Below, piece by piece: positions 1 to 9,901 of a stretch of 64,000 nt of DNA (position 1 is its first letter; every line of letters begins with the position of its first letter). The stretch is from the NCBI GenBank assembly GCA_965198235.1, contig OZ240248.1, forward strand, positions 736,001 to 800,000. Reading direction: 5' to 3'. A program made the position numbers and the translations under genes. The stretch is from Candidatus Poribacteria bacterium. Its GTDB lineage: Bacteria; Poribacteria; WGA-4E; WGA-3G. The notes beneath the pieces are model-generated. The model searched no databases and was not told the DNA's origin. It saw only the letters and a list, made by a program, of their open reading frames with translations.

Positions 1-936
1 CGGCTCCATAAAGATAATCGGTGACTCAAAAAACGCTGCATCCGTAATGTGGACTGCGTCAACCATTTGGGTTTCGACACCCGTTTCTGCATTCAGCGAC
101 TTAACTAAATAGGGCAGACCTGCCCCGAATCGGAGATGTCCGATGCCGCTGCCTCATATATCGAGGTTCGGATGCAATGGGTCGTCGAGACGGACGAGGT
201 TGAGTCTCCCAATAATCTCTGTAGCCCGACCTTGAATGATGGCACCTGGGCTTCCCTTCGGAAGTTGTGGGACACCATTACCGAGAACCATGTTCTCTGT
301 TACGTCCGACAACGAGGCATTGATATTTGCAGCACCTGCTCCCTCTACGAGCGAGTTCAGCCTGCCACGGCTTTGTGTCCGCCCTTGTCCAAGACCGGAT
401 CCAGAACCGAAAGCCCCGCGCCCGGTACCGCTACCTAAACCGTCACCGATACCTGTACCTATGCCATCCGTAATTGCTCCGCCACTGGGCAAGCCTGCGG
501 TGGGTAATCCATCTGAGGCTGTCGGTAGTTTTGCAGCCGTTGACAGCGGTTGCGCAGTATGCTGGATCACGGGAGACGCACTCGGAACTTTGATTTGCTG
601 TCCTCTTGGGGCAGCTGATGCACTCGCCATTAGTGACACCGCAGGTGCTGCAGTTGAGGACGATCTCAATGCGCGTGCGACTGTTGTCCGACGCTGCGTC
701 GTCTCAGTTTGCGGAACGACTCTCAAATCTGGAACAGGGGTTGTTACAACGGCTGGTTTCTGAATAACATCCCTTTTTGCTGCTTGGGGTGATGTGACAA
801 TGAAGAAACTCAAATCAATGGTATCTTGTGCCTTCTGTGGTTGAGATGAGATCGCGATGTACCCTACAACGACTGCGAGGCAGACGTGTATGACGAGCGA
901 TACCATCCATACGAGAGGTATTCGGCGCGATTTCAT
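1..936 (-). CDS. Membrane-anchored protein with Pro/Gly-rich linker and DUF4159-like C-terminal domain; in-frame TGA at 154-156; runs off the window edge
   Basis: SD AGGAGGTG precedes ATG at 936. N-terminal TM helix (SLVIHVCLAVVVG) and GxG-rich linker. The frame stays open for 51 codons after the TGA (GSGIGHLRFGAGLPYLVKSLNAETGVETQMVDAVHITDAAFFESPIIFMEP), which resembles DUF4159. Confidence 0.65.
111..153 (-). promoter_or_regulatory. Candidate bacterial SECIS element
   Basis: mRNA 3' of the UGA folds into AUCGGA-CAUC-UCCGAU and GGGCA-GGUC-UGCCC. GCAGGUCUGC matches the apical part of the E. coli fdhF SECIS. Confidence 0.45.
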
Positions 937-1741
937 GGGACGCACCTCCTATGTGTTTAAGAGTTAGGGGACTAACATCTGTTACATCTGATTTTTCTGC
1001 CATTTATATTCACTACATTAACGTGGATTCAGCATAAAAGAGGTCAGGAAGAGAACCCTTCTGATTATTAAAGACACAATTTCAGGGTGAAAAAGGTGCA
1101 TAATTCAAAAAAAAATAAAAAACCTAAATTTTAATCCAAAAACCGGTGTCTTAGTTGCGCATATTTATAACGGAAAGAAACTTTTTCTGAAGATAAGTCA
1201 ATCTGATAAAACCAACAATTTACCCGAGAGTATTCTCCAAATGCTTATGTCAAACTCACATTATGCTAACAATTTCTGCATTATTTGTCAAGGGAAAATT
1301 ATCTTCTCCTTTACTTTCCGTAAACACAGTCTGTTATGGAAAAGCCGTTGCATTGTTCTGTATCTCTCCAAGGGAAAGACTCCTCCGCGTTTACAAGGCT
1401 TATGGATATTGGAGCAATTTTCATGCCAAAATCAATTCAAACGCCAAATCACCGTAAAAGAAGATTTTTCGTTAATTCTGCCTGATAAATTAGTTTTTTG
1501 CAGTCCAATTTCTGGACAGTGCTGTTCAAAAACCAAATCTCAAATGATGCCAGAATAGTTATCAGTATTCAGTTAGAGGAATTTATGGGTAATCCCAGTT
1601 TTCCGTAGGCACGGTAGGTACGGTTTCCTAACCGCACCGAGCATCGCTAAGATATTACCTAATTATTTTTTTAATCTCCATTAAATCCTACCAGCCAAGG
1701 AAGACATGTGAGAAACCACTGCCACAGATATGTGAGAAGGA

Positions 1742-4198
1742 TTATATGCCAAACCAATATCGGCATTTAATCAAGAAAATATTCTTTCCAGGATCCGTAA
1801 AACTGCTTCGTAGGCGATGCACGGGTCGAAACTCAAGGTCTTCTGCCCCAACCTCTCCTAATTCAAGTGCACGCGATTGGGACCAAACCAAAAACAGCGT
1901 ACTTCCCGGACGGAATTCCCAGCGAAAGACGGTGTTGCCTCTCAGCGAACGCATGTGGAAATCGGGATTCCTCTTCAACGGATACGGTTTAAACCGATAC
2001 GACTTCGGTTCAATCAACTCCTTGAAATTAGAATAGTCGCCGATGGTAATGAAGGGTTGCACGTAAAATTGAAGGCTCAGCGTCGGTGTGAAACTGATGT
2101 TCGCGCGTGTGGTGAAGTCGAGTGTTTGGCTCGTTAGTTCTCCATAGACGTAGTGTCTGCTGACTTGTCCATTGATGTTTTCTTCAATTAACTCAACCCA
2201 CTGTGCATCGTAAATTCGGTAGCGATACATCGGTCCAATACTTAACTCAATGTTCGACACCGGACGAATGTTCAGACGGAGACTTACCTCTTTTTCAGAA
2301 TTTTTGTTATCATCGTCCCATGCGAAGATTGGATTCAGTTCGAGCTGAACCATTTTACGACTATCGGTAGAAAGTCGGCTAAAAATCCACCAACCCGCAG
2401 GATTTTTAATCAGTGTCCCACCGCGTCGGACATCCTCGTCCCTAAACGACTCCAAATTCCGTCCAACCCACAGGTCATATTCCCAGTAGTTTTTCAGTTT
2501 GCCATCCGTCCATATCTCGGAGTAGCGACCAATGCTAACACCATCATAATTCCACTCTCGCCAACCGAAGAGCCCAAAAGTAACCTCTCGGAAAATACTA
2601 AACGGCTGCTCCTTTTTGAGGATAAAGTCATAGAACCATCTCATCATATCGCCGCGCTGCGTATACCCTATGTCATTTATGTCTAAGTCTGGGGAGCGAA
2701 CATTAAAATCAGTATAAAGCCGCCACCATCCACCCTGTTTGTGAAATACAATATGTGCAAGGTAACCCGATTTACGTGCCTCAAGTTCTCCGGCTTGGCT
2801 TGCCGCTACCATTCCGCTTATCTTGTACCGCTCCTTCGCAAATCTCAAGTCCCAGTCAAGCCCACCTACATACGCAGCGTTGGAAGCCTGCCGATTTACC
2901 GCTGTTGTTATCAGTCCGACGCGAGAATTCCCTTCCAAGATATCTTGTGTCACTCGACCGACAAAGTAGTTTGTCAGCGGTTCAAGCAAATAATCGCGGC
3001 TTTTGCCTTGTTCCTTAACCTGTGCATACTCCCGTGCCGTGACAGCCTCCATGATACCGAAGGAGGTATTACTGTTGGTTCTTCCAACGATTTTGGCGGC
3101 ACCGAGAATCGTTGTGGCTTCCGGACGACTCAGTTCGGTAGCACCCTCTGGAATCTTAAAACGCCGCGGTTGCCGTCCGATTCGCCGTGAGTAAAAGAAT
3201 TGATTTTCCCCCTCTCCGAAGTTAAAAATGGATGACCCTTTGACAAAAAAGGGTCTCCGCTCCTCAAAAAACTCTTCATAGGCAGAGAGATTCAAGGTAG
3301 CAGGGTCTGCCTCCACCTGTCCAAAGTCGGGGTTGATTGTGGCGTTGAGGGTTGTCCCGGTGGTAATTCCATATTGGACATCGCCGCCAACATTCCCCCA
3401 CAAATCAGCCTTGCTGTTCAGAGTTGTCCTGCCCATCGCATAGGGTATCAATTCCAAATGACGAGAAGGTTTGATATTCTCAATACCCGTCAGGTCACCG
3501 AAATGCGATATCCAGCCCGGTTCACTCTTCTTAATCAAACGCCAGTGGGAACGCTCTTTTCTACGACTAATCTCGCGCTCTACCTGTAATCCCCACGTGT
3601 ATTTATCTTTTGGAGAGAAGCGGAACATGTAAAACGGGATTTTACATTCCACCGCCCACCCATTTTCGTGAATCCGAGTTTTCGCGTCCCAGACTCCATC
3701 CCACGCGTTGTTCCAGCCATTCCACCCGCCGCCTCCAGTAATGCCGTCTATCACAGAACCAGAAGGATAGACAGTAAATGAGAAACCGCGCTGCCGATTG
3801 TAGTGCGGGTCAAGGATAATCTGGATTTTGTCGGATTCAGTGTAATCGTCACGCCTGACGAGACGCGAAACAATCTTGTCGGGTTCACTGTCATAGCACA
3901 TAACAGCGAAATAGACCGCCTCATCGTCGTAGGCGACTTGGAATGTAGTGCGTTCAGATACGGGTTCGCCTTCATCGGGGTCGCGTTGACGGAAGCCTTC
4001 GTGGAGGGGTGCAATCTTCCAAATTTCGTCGTCCAAAACGCCGTCCAATTGCGGTGGCGCGCCTTTAATTCGGACAGCCGTCGCAACTCTGTGAGCGGAC
4101 TCTGTTTCTGTCTCGGCCTTTATTACGTTTGGGAGTTGTAAAGCAAAAAACGCCATCAACAACGCCAAAACGCGCCAAAACTCTGATTCAGTTTTCAA
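1742..4198 (-). CDS. Secreted/outer-membrane protein, CBM9-like sugar-binding domain plus DUF5916
   Basis: Signal peptide; PQLDGVLDDEIW, YDDEAVYF, WDGVWD and NPDFGQVEADP motifs; aromatic C-terminus. Confidence 0.8.
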   Translation of the reverse strand: MKTESEFWRVLALLMAFFALQLPNVIKAETETESAHRVATAVRIKGAPPQLDGVLDDEIWKIAPLHEGFRQRDPDEGEPVSERTTFQVAYDDEAVYFAVMCYDSEPDKIVSRLVRRDDYTESDKIQIILDPHYNRQRGFSFTVYPSGSVIDGITGGGGWNGWNNAWDGVWDAKTRIHENGWAVECKIPFYMFRFSPKDKYTWGLQVEREISRRKERSHWRLIKKSEPGWISHFGDLTGIENIKPSRHLELIPYAMGRTTLNSKADLWGNVGGDVQYGITTGTTLNATINPDFGQVEADPATLNLSAYEEFFEERRPFFVKGSSIFNFGEGENQFFYSRRIGRQPRRFKIPEGATELSRPEATTILGAAKIVGRTNSNTSFGIMEAVTAREYAQVKEQGKSRDYLLEPLTNYFVGRVTQDILEGNSRVGLITTAVNRQASNAAYVGGLDWDLRFAKERYKISGMVAASQAGELEARKSGYLAHIVFHKQGGWWRLYTDFNVRSPDLDINDIGYTQRGDMMRWFYDFILKKEQPFSIFREVTFGLFGWREWNYDGVSIGRYSEIWTDGKLKNYWEYDLWVGRNLESFRDEDVRRGGTLIKNPAGWWIFSRLSTDSRKMVQLELNPIFAWDDDNKNSEKEVSLRLNIRPVSNIELSIGPMYRYRIYDAQWVELIEENINGQVSRHYVYGELTSQTLDFTTRANISFTPTLSLQFYVQPFITIGDYSNFKELIEPKSYRFKPYPLKRNPDFHMRSLRGNTVFRWEFRPGSTLFLVWSQSRALELGEVGAEDLEFRPVHRLRSSFTDPGKNIFLIKCRYWFGI

Positions 4199-4281
4199 TT
4201 GCTTTTCCTTGGATCTTTGTCGGGCTGCTTATTTACATATTGAAACCTGATTCGGACAAAAAACTTCAGAATTCTTGAGGA

Positions 4282-4749
4282 TTAGTCGGAAATATCTCCG
4301 CCGCATTGTGGACAGGTATCCCCCCATGTTGAGCGTTTGCCTTCACCACAAACACCGCAGACACCGAGTGGGTATTCATCCGGTTTCGCGCGGCTTCCAC
4401 CCTTCTTGTAGGTGATGATGCGCCACACTGTTTCGCCATCTTCTTCGTAACAGAGCCAGACCCCTTCTTTTCTGCCATCAGCGGAGCTGCCATCATGCTT
4501 CCGGTAAGGACCACCCCATTTGCGGTTTCCGTTTTCATAATAGCACATATACTCGCCTTCGTTTTTGCCATCGCGGAAGGTGGCTTCACTCGCCTTGTTG
4601 CCGTTCTTGTGGTATTGAATCCAAAGTCCCTCTTTTTTGCCAGCAATATAGCGACCCTCGCTCCGCTTAAATCCGTTCGCGTAATAGGTGACCCAATAGC
4701 CGTGCTTCTTGCCATCGACCATCTCACCATCTGTAAGTGATTTTGCCAT
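4282..4749 (-). CDS. MORN-variant (YwqK-like) repeat protein with C-terminal zinc ribbon
   Basis: GKKHGYWVTYYANG and GKKEGLWIQYHKNG repeats; CGVC...CPQC. Confidence 0.75.
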   Translation of the reverse strand: MAKSLTDGEMVDGKKHGYWVTYYANGFKRSEGRYIAGKKEGLWIQYHKNGNKASEATFRDGKNEGEYMCYYENGNRKWGGPYRKHDGSSADGRKEGVWLCYEEDGETVWRIITYKKGGSRAKPDEYPLGVCGVCGEGKRSTWGDTCPQCGGDISD

Positions 4750-4856
4750 AATTGAATTCGCGGGACGCGGACATCGGACATGGACTTACAAGCAATCGCC
4801 TGATGACGCGTCCCTATTTCCTCCTATTGGCTTTAAGGTCAGTCGTGATTCAGAAA

Positions 4857-5633
4857 TCACTTTTGCCACTTGATGTTTCCCCAGGTCGTTGTCAATCTAT
4901 CAATTGGGGAAACGGACAACGCTTTCTCAAGTCCTTTTTCCATAATGGCATTGAGATCGTCTTCACCAAGAGCAGTATTGAAGATAGCGACTTCGTCAAG
5001 GACCCCCGTAAAGTCCCATCCCGCTCCACCTTTCCAGCGGGTTAACCAGATTGAGCCACCATCGTGCTGCTGACTGAAATCCGGTTTTCCCACGTCTAAA
5101 TCCGCGACGACTTCGCCATCGACATAGAGGACAAGCGTCTTACCGTCGTGTGTTAAGGCGACGAAACTCCACTCATCCATCTCCCAAGTGCCACCCCGGA
5201 CTTGACTATTATCTATTCCGCCTTTGAGGAAACTGCCATAAAAGTCGGTTGGACCGATAAGAATGTTTGGATTGTGCCAATCCCTTTCTATGAGTCGAAC
5301 GTGCGGACCGGAAGGATTACGAAGTGGTTTTGCCCAGAGCAGATACGTAAATCCATCGAGGAAGTCGTCAGTGGTTTTGCTTGCCGGAATGACCACATGA
5401 TTGCTCCCATCAAATTCGATTCCCATGCCTTCCTTCCCGTCGACCCGTTCGGCATCAACAATTTCTCCATCGTTTCCGTTCGCCGAGGAGTCTTTAACCA
5501 CATTACCTTTTCCCTGATCAAAGAGCCACATTCCCATAAGGGTTTCTGGGTCAATTTCCGACCTGCTTTCCTGAACCCATATCCCTGCAATAAAGAGAAC
5601 CGTCACTGCGATCAAAGCACTTATAACTCTCAT
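4857..5633 (-). CDS. Secreted LamG/concanavalin-like domain protein with C-terminal 'VSPIDRLTTTWGNIK' motif
   Basis: SD AGGAGG before ATG 5633; MWLFDQGKG, WSFVALTHDG, LYVDG and GVLDEVAIFN motifs. Confidence 0.85.
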   Translation of the reverse strand: MRVISALIAVTVLFIAGIWVQESRSEIDPETLMGMWLFDQGKGNVVKDSSANGNDGEIVDAERVDGKEGMGIEFDGSNHVVIPASKTTDDFLDGFTYLLWAKPLRNPSGPHVRLIERDWHNPNILIGPTDFYGSFLKGGIDNSQVRGGTWEMDEWSFVALTHDGKTLVLYVDGEVVADLDVGKPDFSQQHDGGSIWLTRWKGGAGWDFTGVLDEVAIFNTALGEDDLNAIMEKGLEKALSVSPIDRLTTTWGNIKWQK

Positions 5634-5812
5634 CGTTTTTAGCCTCCTGTTCAAACTATGCATTCAGTTCCGGAAAATATTTACACAAAGATAGATATAG
5701 CAAATAGCAATCCGTGTCGTGCAGAAACATCTTCCAAGAGATGTTAACCCGCATAACAACTGGATCAGATTTGCTGCCTTTTTCTGTTGTCGAGATTATA
5801 CCGCAAATCTAT

Positions 5813-6289
5813 CTATAAGGCAATACTCTCCAATTCAGCACCACACTTCGGACAAGTATTGCCCCACGCCAAACGTCTGCCCTCACCGCAAACATCACAG
5901 ACGCCGATCGGATATTCATCCGGTTTCGCACGGCTGCCGCCTTTTTTGTAAGTTATAATTAGCCACACCGTTTCGCCATCCTCTTCGTAATTGTAAAAGG
6001 GCCCCTCCTTTCTGCCATCGTAGGATTTACCGACATGTTTAGGAAAGGCACCGCTGGATCTAAGGTTTCCATTTTCATAGTAGGTGAAACAAGGACCCTC
6101 GTATTTTCCATCGCGGAAGAAGGATTCACCTGCTTTGTTCCCATTTTTGTGATAATTGATCCAAGGTCCTTCTTTTTTACCATGAATGTAGCCACCTTCG
6201 CTCCGTTTGAACCCATTCGCGTAATAGGTAACCCAATACCCATGCTTCTTGCCATCAACCATTTCACCCGTTGTTAATGAATTCGCCAT
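5813..6289 (-). CDS. MORN-variant repeat protein with zinc ribbon (paralogue of 4282-4749)
   Basis: Near-identical N-terminus; CDVC...CPKC tail. Confidence 0.75.
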   Translation of the reverse strand: MANSLTTGEMVDGKKHGYWVTYYANGFKRSEGGYIHGKKEGPWINYHKNGNKAGESFFRDGKYEGPCFTYYENGNLRSSGAFPKHVGKSYDGRKEGPFYNYEEDGETVWLIITYKKGGSRAKPDEYPIGVCDVCGEGRRLAWGNTCPKCGAELESIAL

Positions 6290-6340
6290 AATTTCACCTA
6301 TAGAGGCAGGCTTCAGGACCCACCAGTTTTGAGAATAAGC

Positions 6341-6859
6341 CTATAATACTTCATTAAGATATGCCTCTATTTTCTCCAACGTCTTTTTGCCGATGCCACG
6401 GAAACCTTTGAGTTTCCGTTCATCAATCGCTGTTCGGAGCGAAACGAGGCTATCTACACCAACCTCTTCATAAAGTCGCTTAATCGTTTTAGCACCCAGC
6501 CCAGGGATAGGCACGAGTTCCACAACGGTTCGTGGTGTATCACCTGCGAACTCCTCCAACTTCATGCTCGTACCAGTATCCACGAATTCCTCAATGATTT
6601 TCGCCATTACTTCGCCAGCCCCCGGAATCTCCTCTATCAATCGACCTTGGGCGATGAGGTCCGACATCGGTTCCGGAAACCGAGAGATATAATTCGCCAA
6701 CCATGGATATCGCGACGCGTGGTCTTCTGGATAGTCGGCGATGATTAGAAAAGTGTGGAGTTCCAAGAATCTCAATGCGATCTCATCGTTCTGATGCCAG
6801 CGTGTGCGCCCTTTTCCATCAATATAAGATCCCTCTTCTAAATTTTTATCATCGTTCAC
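6341..6859 (-). CDS. Helix-hairpin-helix protein resembling the N-terminal domains of PolX, with no catalytic domain
   Basis: Three HhH motifs: IPGAGE, IPGLGAKT and FRGIGKKT. Confidence 0.75.
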   Translation of the reverse strand: MNDDKNLEEGSYIDGKGRTRWHQNDEIALRFLELHTFLIIADYPEDHASRYPWLANYISRFPEPMSDLIAQGRLIEEIPGAGEVMAKIIEEFVDTGTSMKLEEFAGDTPRTVVELVPIPGLGAKTIKRLYEEVGVDSLVSLRTAIDERKLKGFRGIGKKTLEKIEAYLNEVL

Positions 6860-7890
6860 TATTCATTCCTCCAGTGTAGAATTTGGATTGTGGCATCCCA
6901 AAGTGCAACTGCTAAATAGTCCCCGTTAGGTGAAAAGGCTAACGCTTGGATGCCGGTCGGATGGGTTTCCCAAATCACTGATTCGCCTTCGGAAATATCC
7001 CACACCCGAAGATCACCTGCTTCACCCCCTGAAGCGAGATAATCTGAAGTTGGCGAGAAGGCAAGTGCACGGGTCCAATACGCTTCAAACTCGGACTTCA
7101 TAAGGAGTTGCCTGCCAGTTTTTACTTCCCAAACCCGGATTCCGGATTGAGCGTTCTTTTGTGTGTCAACGGCTAACAGCGTCGCATCTGGCGAAAACAG
7201 TACATTCCAGACCCCTAAAATCTCGCCCGTGTTGAAAACTTTCATCGGGTGTTCATCGGTTGTGTTCCAAATCTCAATGACCGTCCGATGTCCTTCTCCA
7301 TCTCGGTAGGTTCCTTCCGCGGCAGCGATAAACTGACCGTCATCAGAAAGCGTGAGACCGTTCCTGACAGGAAAACTTGTTTGAAGCACTTTCAACTTAT
7401 GAGCAGATCCCTCACTTTTCACAGTCTTTGGACGCTGCTTTGCGAGTTGCCAAACTTCAACTTCGTTATCACCTCTTGACAGCACTGCAAGCGCGCCCTT
7501 CCCAGACAGACTACCGCTCTCATACTGTCCATTCGTCAATAGTGTTTCATCGCCGCTTCTTAACGAGAGGATTGTGATATTATCATTTGCTTCTCGGACT
7601 AACAGTTGATTCGCTCCAATGGAATAAGCGAACCATCGTTTCGCGTGGATGTGGCTTATCTCTCGTTTTCGCCGACTTTGGATATCCCATTCTACCACCG
7701 TGCCGCCCATCCCTTTCGCTATCAACTTCATGCTATCATTATTGAAAGCGATTTGTCGCGCGACATCGGGGAGCAGTTTGTCGAGTCGGGGTTGCTGCTT
7801 TTCACCAAGCTGAAAAGCAAATTCCAACGTTGCACCTTGAAGTGACGCGCATAACAAGTTAAACAGGAGAGCGACAAGCAAATTTCTCAT
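6859..7890 (-). CDS. Secreted WD40-repeat protein
   Basis: Signal peptide; ALAFSP..LASGG..LRVWD repeats; overlaps the next gene by 1 nt. Confidence 0.85.
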   Translation of the reverse strand: MRNLLVALLFNLLCASLQGATLEFAFQLGEKQQPRLDKLLPDVARQIAFNNDSMKLIAKGMGGTVVEWDIQSRRKREISHIHAKRWFAYSIGANQLLVREANDNITILSLRSGDETLLTNGQYESGSLSGKGALAVLSRGDNEVEVWQLAKQRPKTVKSEGSAHKLKVLQTSFPVRNGLTLSDDGQFIAAAEGTYRDGEGHRTVIEIWNTTDEHPMKVFNTGEILGVWNVLFSPDATLLAVDTQKNAQSGIRVWEVKTGRQLLMKSEFEAYWTRALAFSPTSDYLASGGEAGDLRVWDISEGESVIWETHPTGIQALAFSPNGDYLAVALWDATIQILHWRNE

Positions 7891-7951
7891 GAGCTAAAAA
7901 CAAGTAGGGTGAGGCACAGAGACCTCACCCTATCATACCAATAAATTGGTA

Positions 7952-9700
7952 CTATTCATAGAGTTCCGTCGCGGTTTCACCCCGCGCGAAACGGTGGGCA
8001 GTTTGCACGGCGGAATCGTTTCCTGCATTTCTACGAATATCCGTTGACCATCGTGCCAATCCAACTATCAATTGATTTCTGGCTGGATGCGTTTCACATG
8101 TTTTCCATTCCTCGGACACTATGTGAATTGAACTGAGGAGATCATCGCCGTTATCGTCCTTGAGGATACATAACCCTATTTCAGACATCAACCGCTCCGC
8201 GGAACATCCGGCATTGAGATACTCGCGGGTACGTCGCCCAATTTCTTGGATGCGGACAGATTCAATCCCATCTAAAATTTCGGAGAGCACCGTGTCTTCA
8301 TCAAGAACTGCAGGCGTTGTAGGTGTTCTTGACTCCGTAATCGGTTGGTGGCGAATGTTAAGCCATCGGTTGTTGAAAAATCGCCACGCGGCATGGTAGA
8401 GTGCTTTGGCAGCAACCTTGGTTCCACCGTGCCGAAGCACCTTTCTTACCGTTGATGCGATTTCCATCTCGTCTTGCAGATCCCACCAACCGGGACTCAT
8501 ACTCACGGGTGTGCGCGCCATCCTATCCCCTGCCGTCATGACCATAGTCGTAGCCAGCGTGTTAATGGGAACACCCGCGGTGAGCATTTCCGTCACAGCA
8601 TCAAAAACTTCGTCGAGATCTCCACTTACCAAAGCCGCTGAAAATTTATCCTCGTCGTAGTCAACGGAACTCTCGGTTGATGCCTCCTGTGGAAGCTTAT
8701 CAAAGATCGGATTGATTTCCTCCAGTTTTTGGATGGCTTCACGGTGAAGTTCGCCGGGTCTACCGCGTCCTTGCCCAAGAATCTTCGCGCCAAGGTTGCA
8801 GACTAACTCCCCAGTTAACTCCCAACCAAATTGTTCTAATAATTCAGCCAAGTGTGCGAGATCAATAAGATTTCTGTAATGGTTGAGGAAGAAGGGTTCA
8901 ACGGCGGATTCAAAGAAAAGCGGAATGATTTTTTCATCGTGTCCACCCAATTGTCTTGCGGTAATGAGGCATTTTTCGATGCCTTCCCACTCTTTATCGG
9001 TGGAGAACACTCGAATCCAGTCTTCCAATTTCTGCCAGTCAACGGGAGGTGGGAGCGGTCGACGATCAGGTCGATCACCGAGTCTGCCCGATGCCCCATC
9101 CGCAGCCATCATAAACGGGATGAGTCGATCTTCGGGTTGGTACATACGTGCGACCTTTACCCCGTTCATCATCATTGCCAATTTTCTGCCACCCTCGAAA
9201 GCGTTCCTATCTGTAGAAATATGTCGTCCCATGTGCTTCACCATCAGTTCCAACGTCTCTTCCTCGGAAACGCCCTTGGCTAACATAATGGCAATAGCTT
9301 TAGAAAGCGTCCAGTTGTCGGTGGAGAGCAAGCCTTCTTTCAATAGGAGAAAATGGGCATCGTCGCGTTTTTTACCACCGCTGGCAACATCTATATAGAC
9401 ATCGCCGTTCCGAACTTCGACGGGGAACGTGGCGAGGTCGTCACAACCACCTGTGAAGCATCCGCCGCCTTCCATGTCGTAACTCCAACCGTGCCAATCG
9501 CAGGATAAAACACCCTTTCTGACGCGTCCCCTGACGAGTGGATAGCCCATGTGTGGACATTGGTTATCCGTCGCGTAGACAGCACCTTCATGCTGAAAGA
9601 GGGCAATGCTATGTCCTTCAACTCTAACTGCCCTCGGTTTTCCGTCTGATACATCACTAAGGGCAGCAACTTTGACGAAATTGGCATTCTTTTTTAACAT
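7952..9700 (-). CDS. Rieske [2Fe-2S] domain plus large helical domain protein (paralogue 2)
   Basis: CPHMGYPL...CDWH Rieske ligands in the N-terminal ~105 aa. Confidence 0.85.
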   Translation of the reverse strand: MLKKNANFVKVAALSDVSDGKPRAVRVEGHSIALFQHEGAVYATDNQCPHMGYPLVRGRVRKGVLSCDWHGWSYDMEGGGCFTGGCDDLATFPVEVRNGDVYIDVASGGKKRDDAHFLLLKEGLLSTDNWTLSKAIAIMLAKGVSEEETLELMVKHMGRHISTDRNAFEGGRKLAMMMNGVKVARMYQPEDRLIPFMMAADGASGRLGDRPDRRPLPPPVDWQKLEDWIRVFSTDKEWEGIEKCLITARQLGGHDEKIIPLFFESAVEPFFLNHYRNLIDLAHLAELLEQFGWELTGELVCNLGAKILGQGRGRPGELHREAIQKLEEINPIFDKLPQEASTESSVDYDEDKFSAALVSGDLDEVFDAVTEMLTAGVPINTLATTMVMTAGDRMARTPVSMSPGWWDLQDEMEIASTVRKVLRHGGTKVAAKALYHAAWRFFNNRWLNIRHQPITESRTPTTPAVLDEDTVLSEILDGIESVRIQEIGRRTREYLNAGCSAERLMSEIGLCILKDDNGDDLLSSIHIVSEEWKTCETHPARNQLIVGLARWSTDIRRNAGNDSAVQTAHRFARGETATELYE

Positions 9701-9901
9701 TATACACTTCTCCTATAGGGCGCGACTCTGCGATCGCGCCCACGGTTATATTTCGTAGCAAGCAATTTATAGAACGGTGAATTGTCATCATATTGCATGC
9801 TCAAATCCCTTTAACACTTGGTTAGCAAAAAAGCGAGTAATGAAAACCCATTGAATGCCGTTTTTCCTTAATCCACGACACTTCCTTGAGTTTATAAAAG
9901 A

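Noticed and set aside
154-156. Genome-wide TGA reassignment (code 4 or 25)
   Set aside because: TGA terminates clearly complete genes such as infC, aroC and the LamG gene.
236-763. Long antisense ORFs here and opposite many other genes
   Set aside because: They are shadows of real genes on the other strand and show no independent motifs.
1241-1558. ORFs in the AT-rich region upstream of the first gene
   Set aside because: No SD, recognisable motif or coding-like composition.
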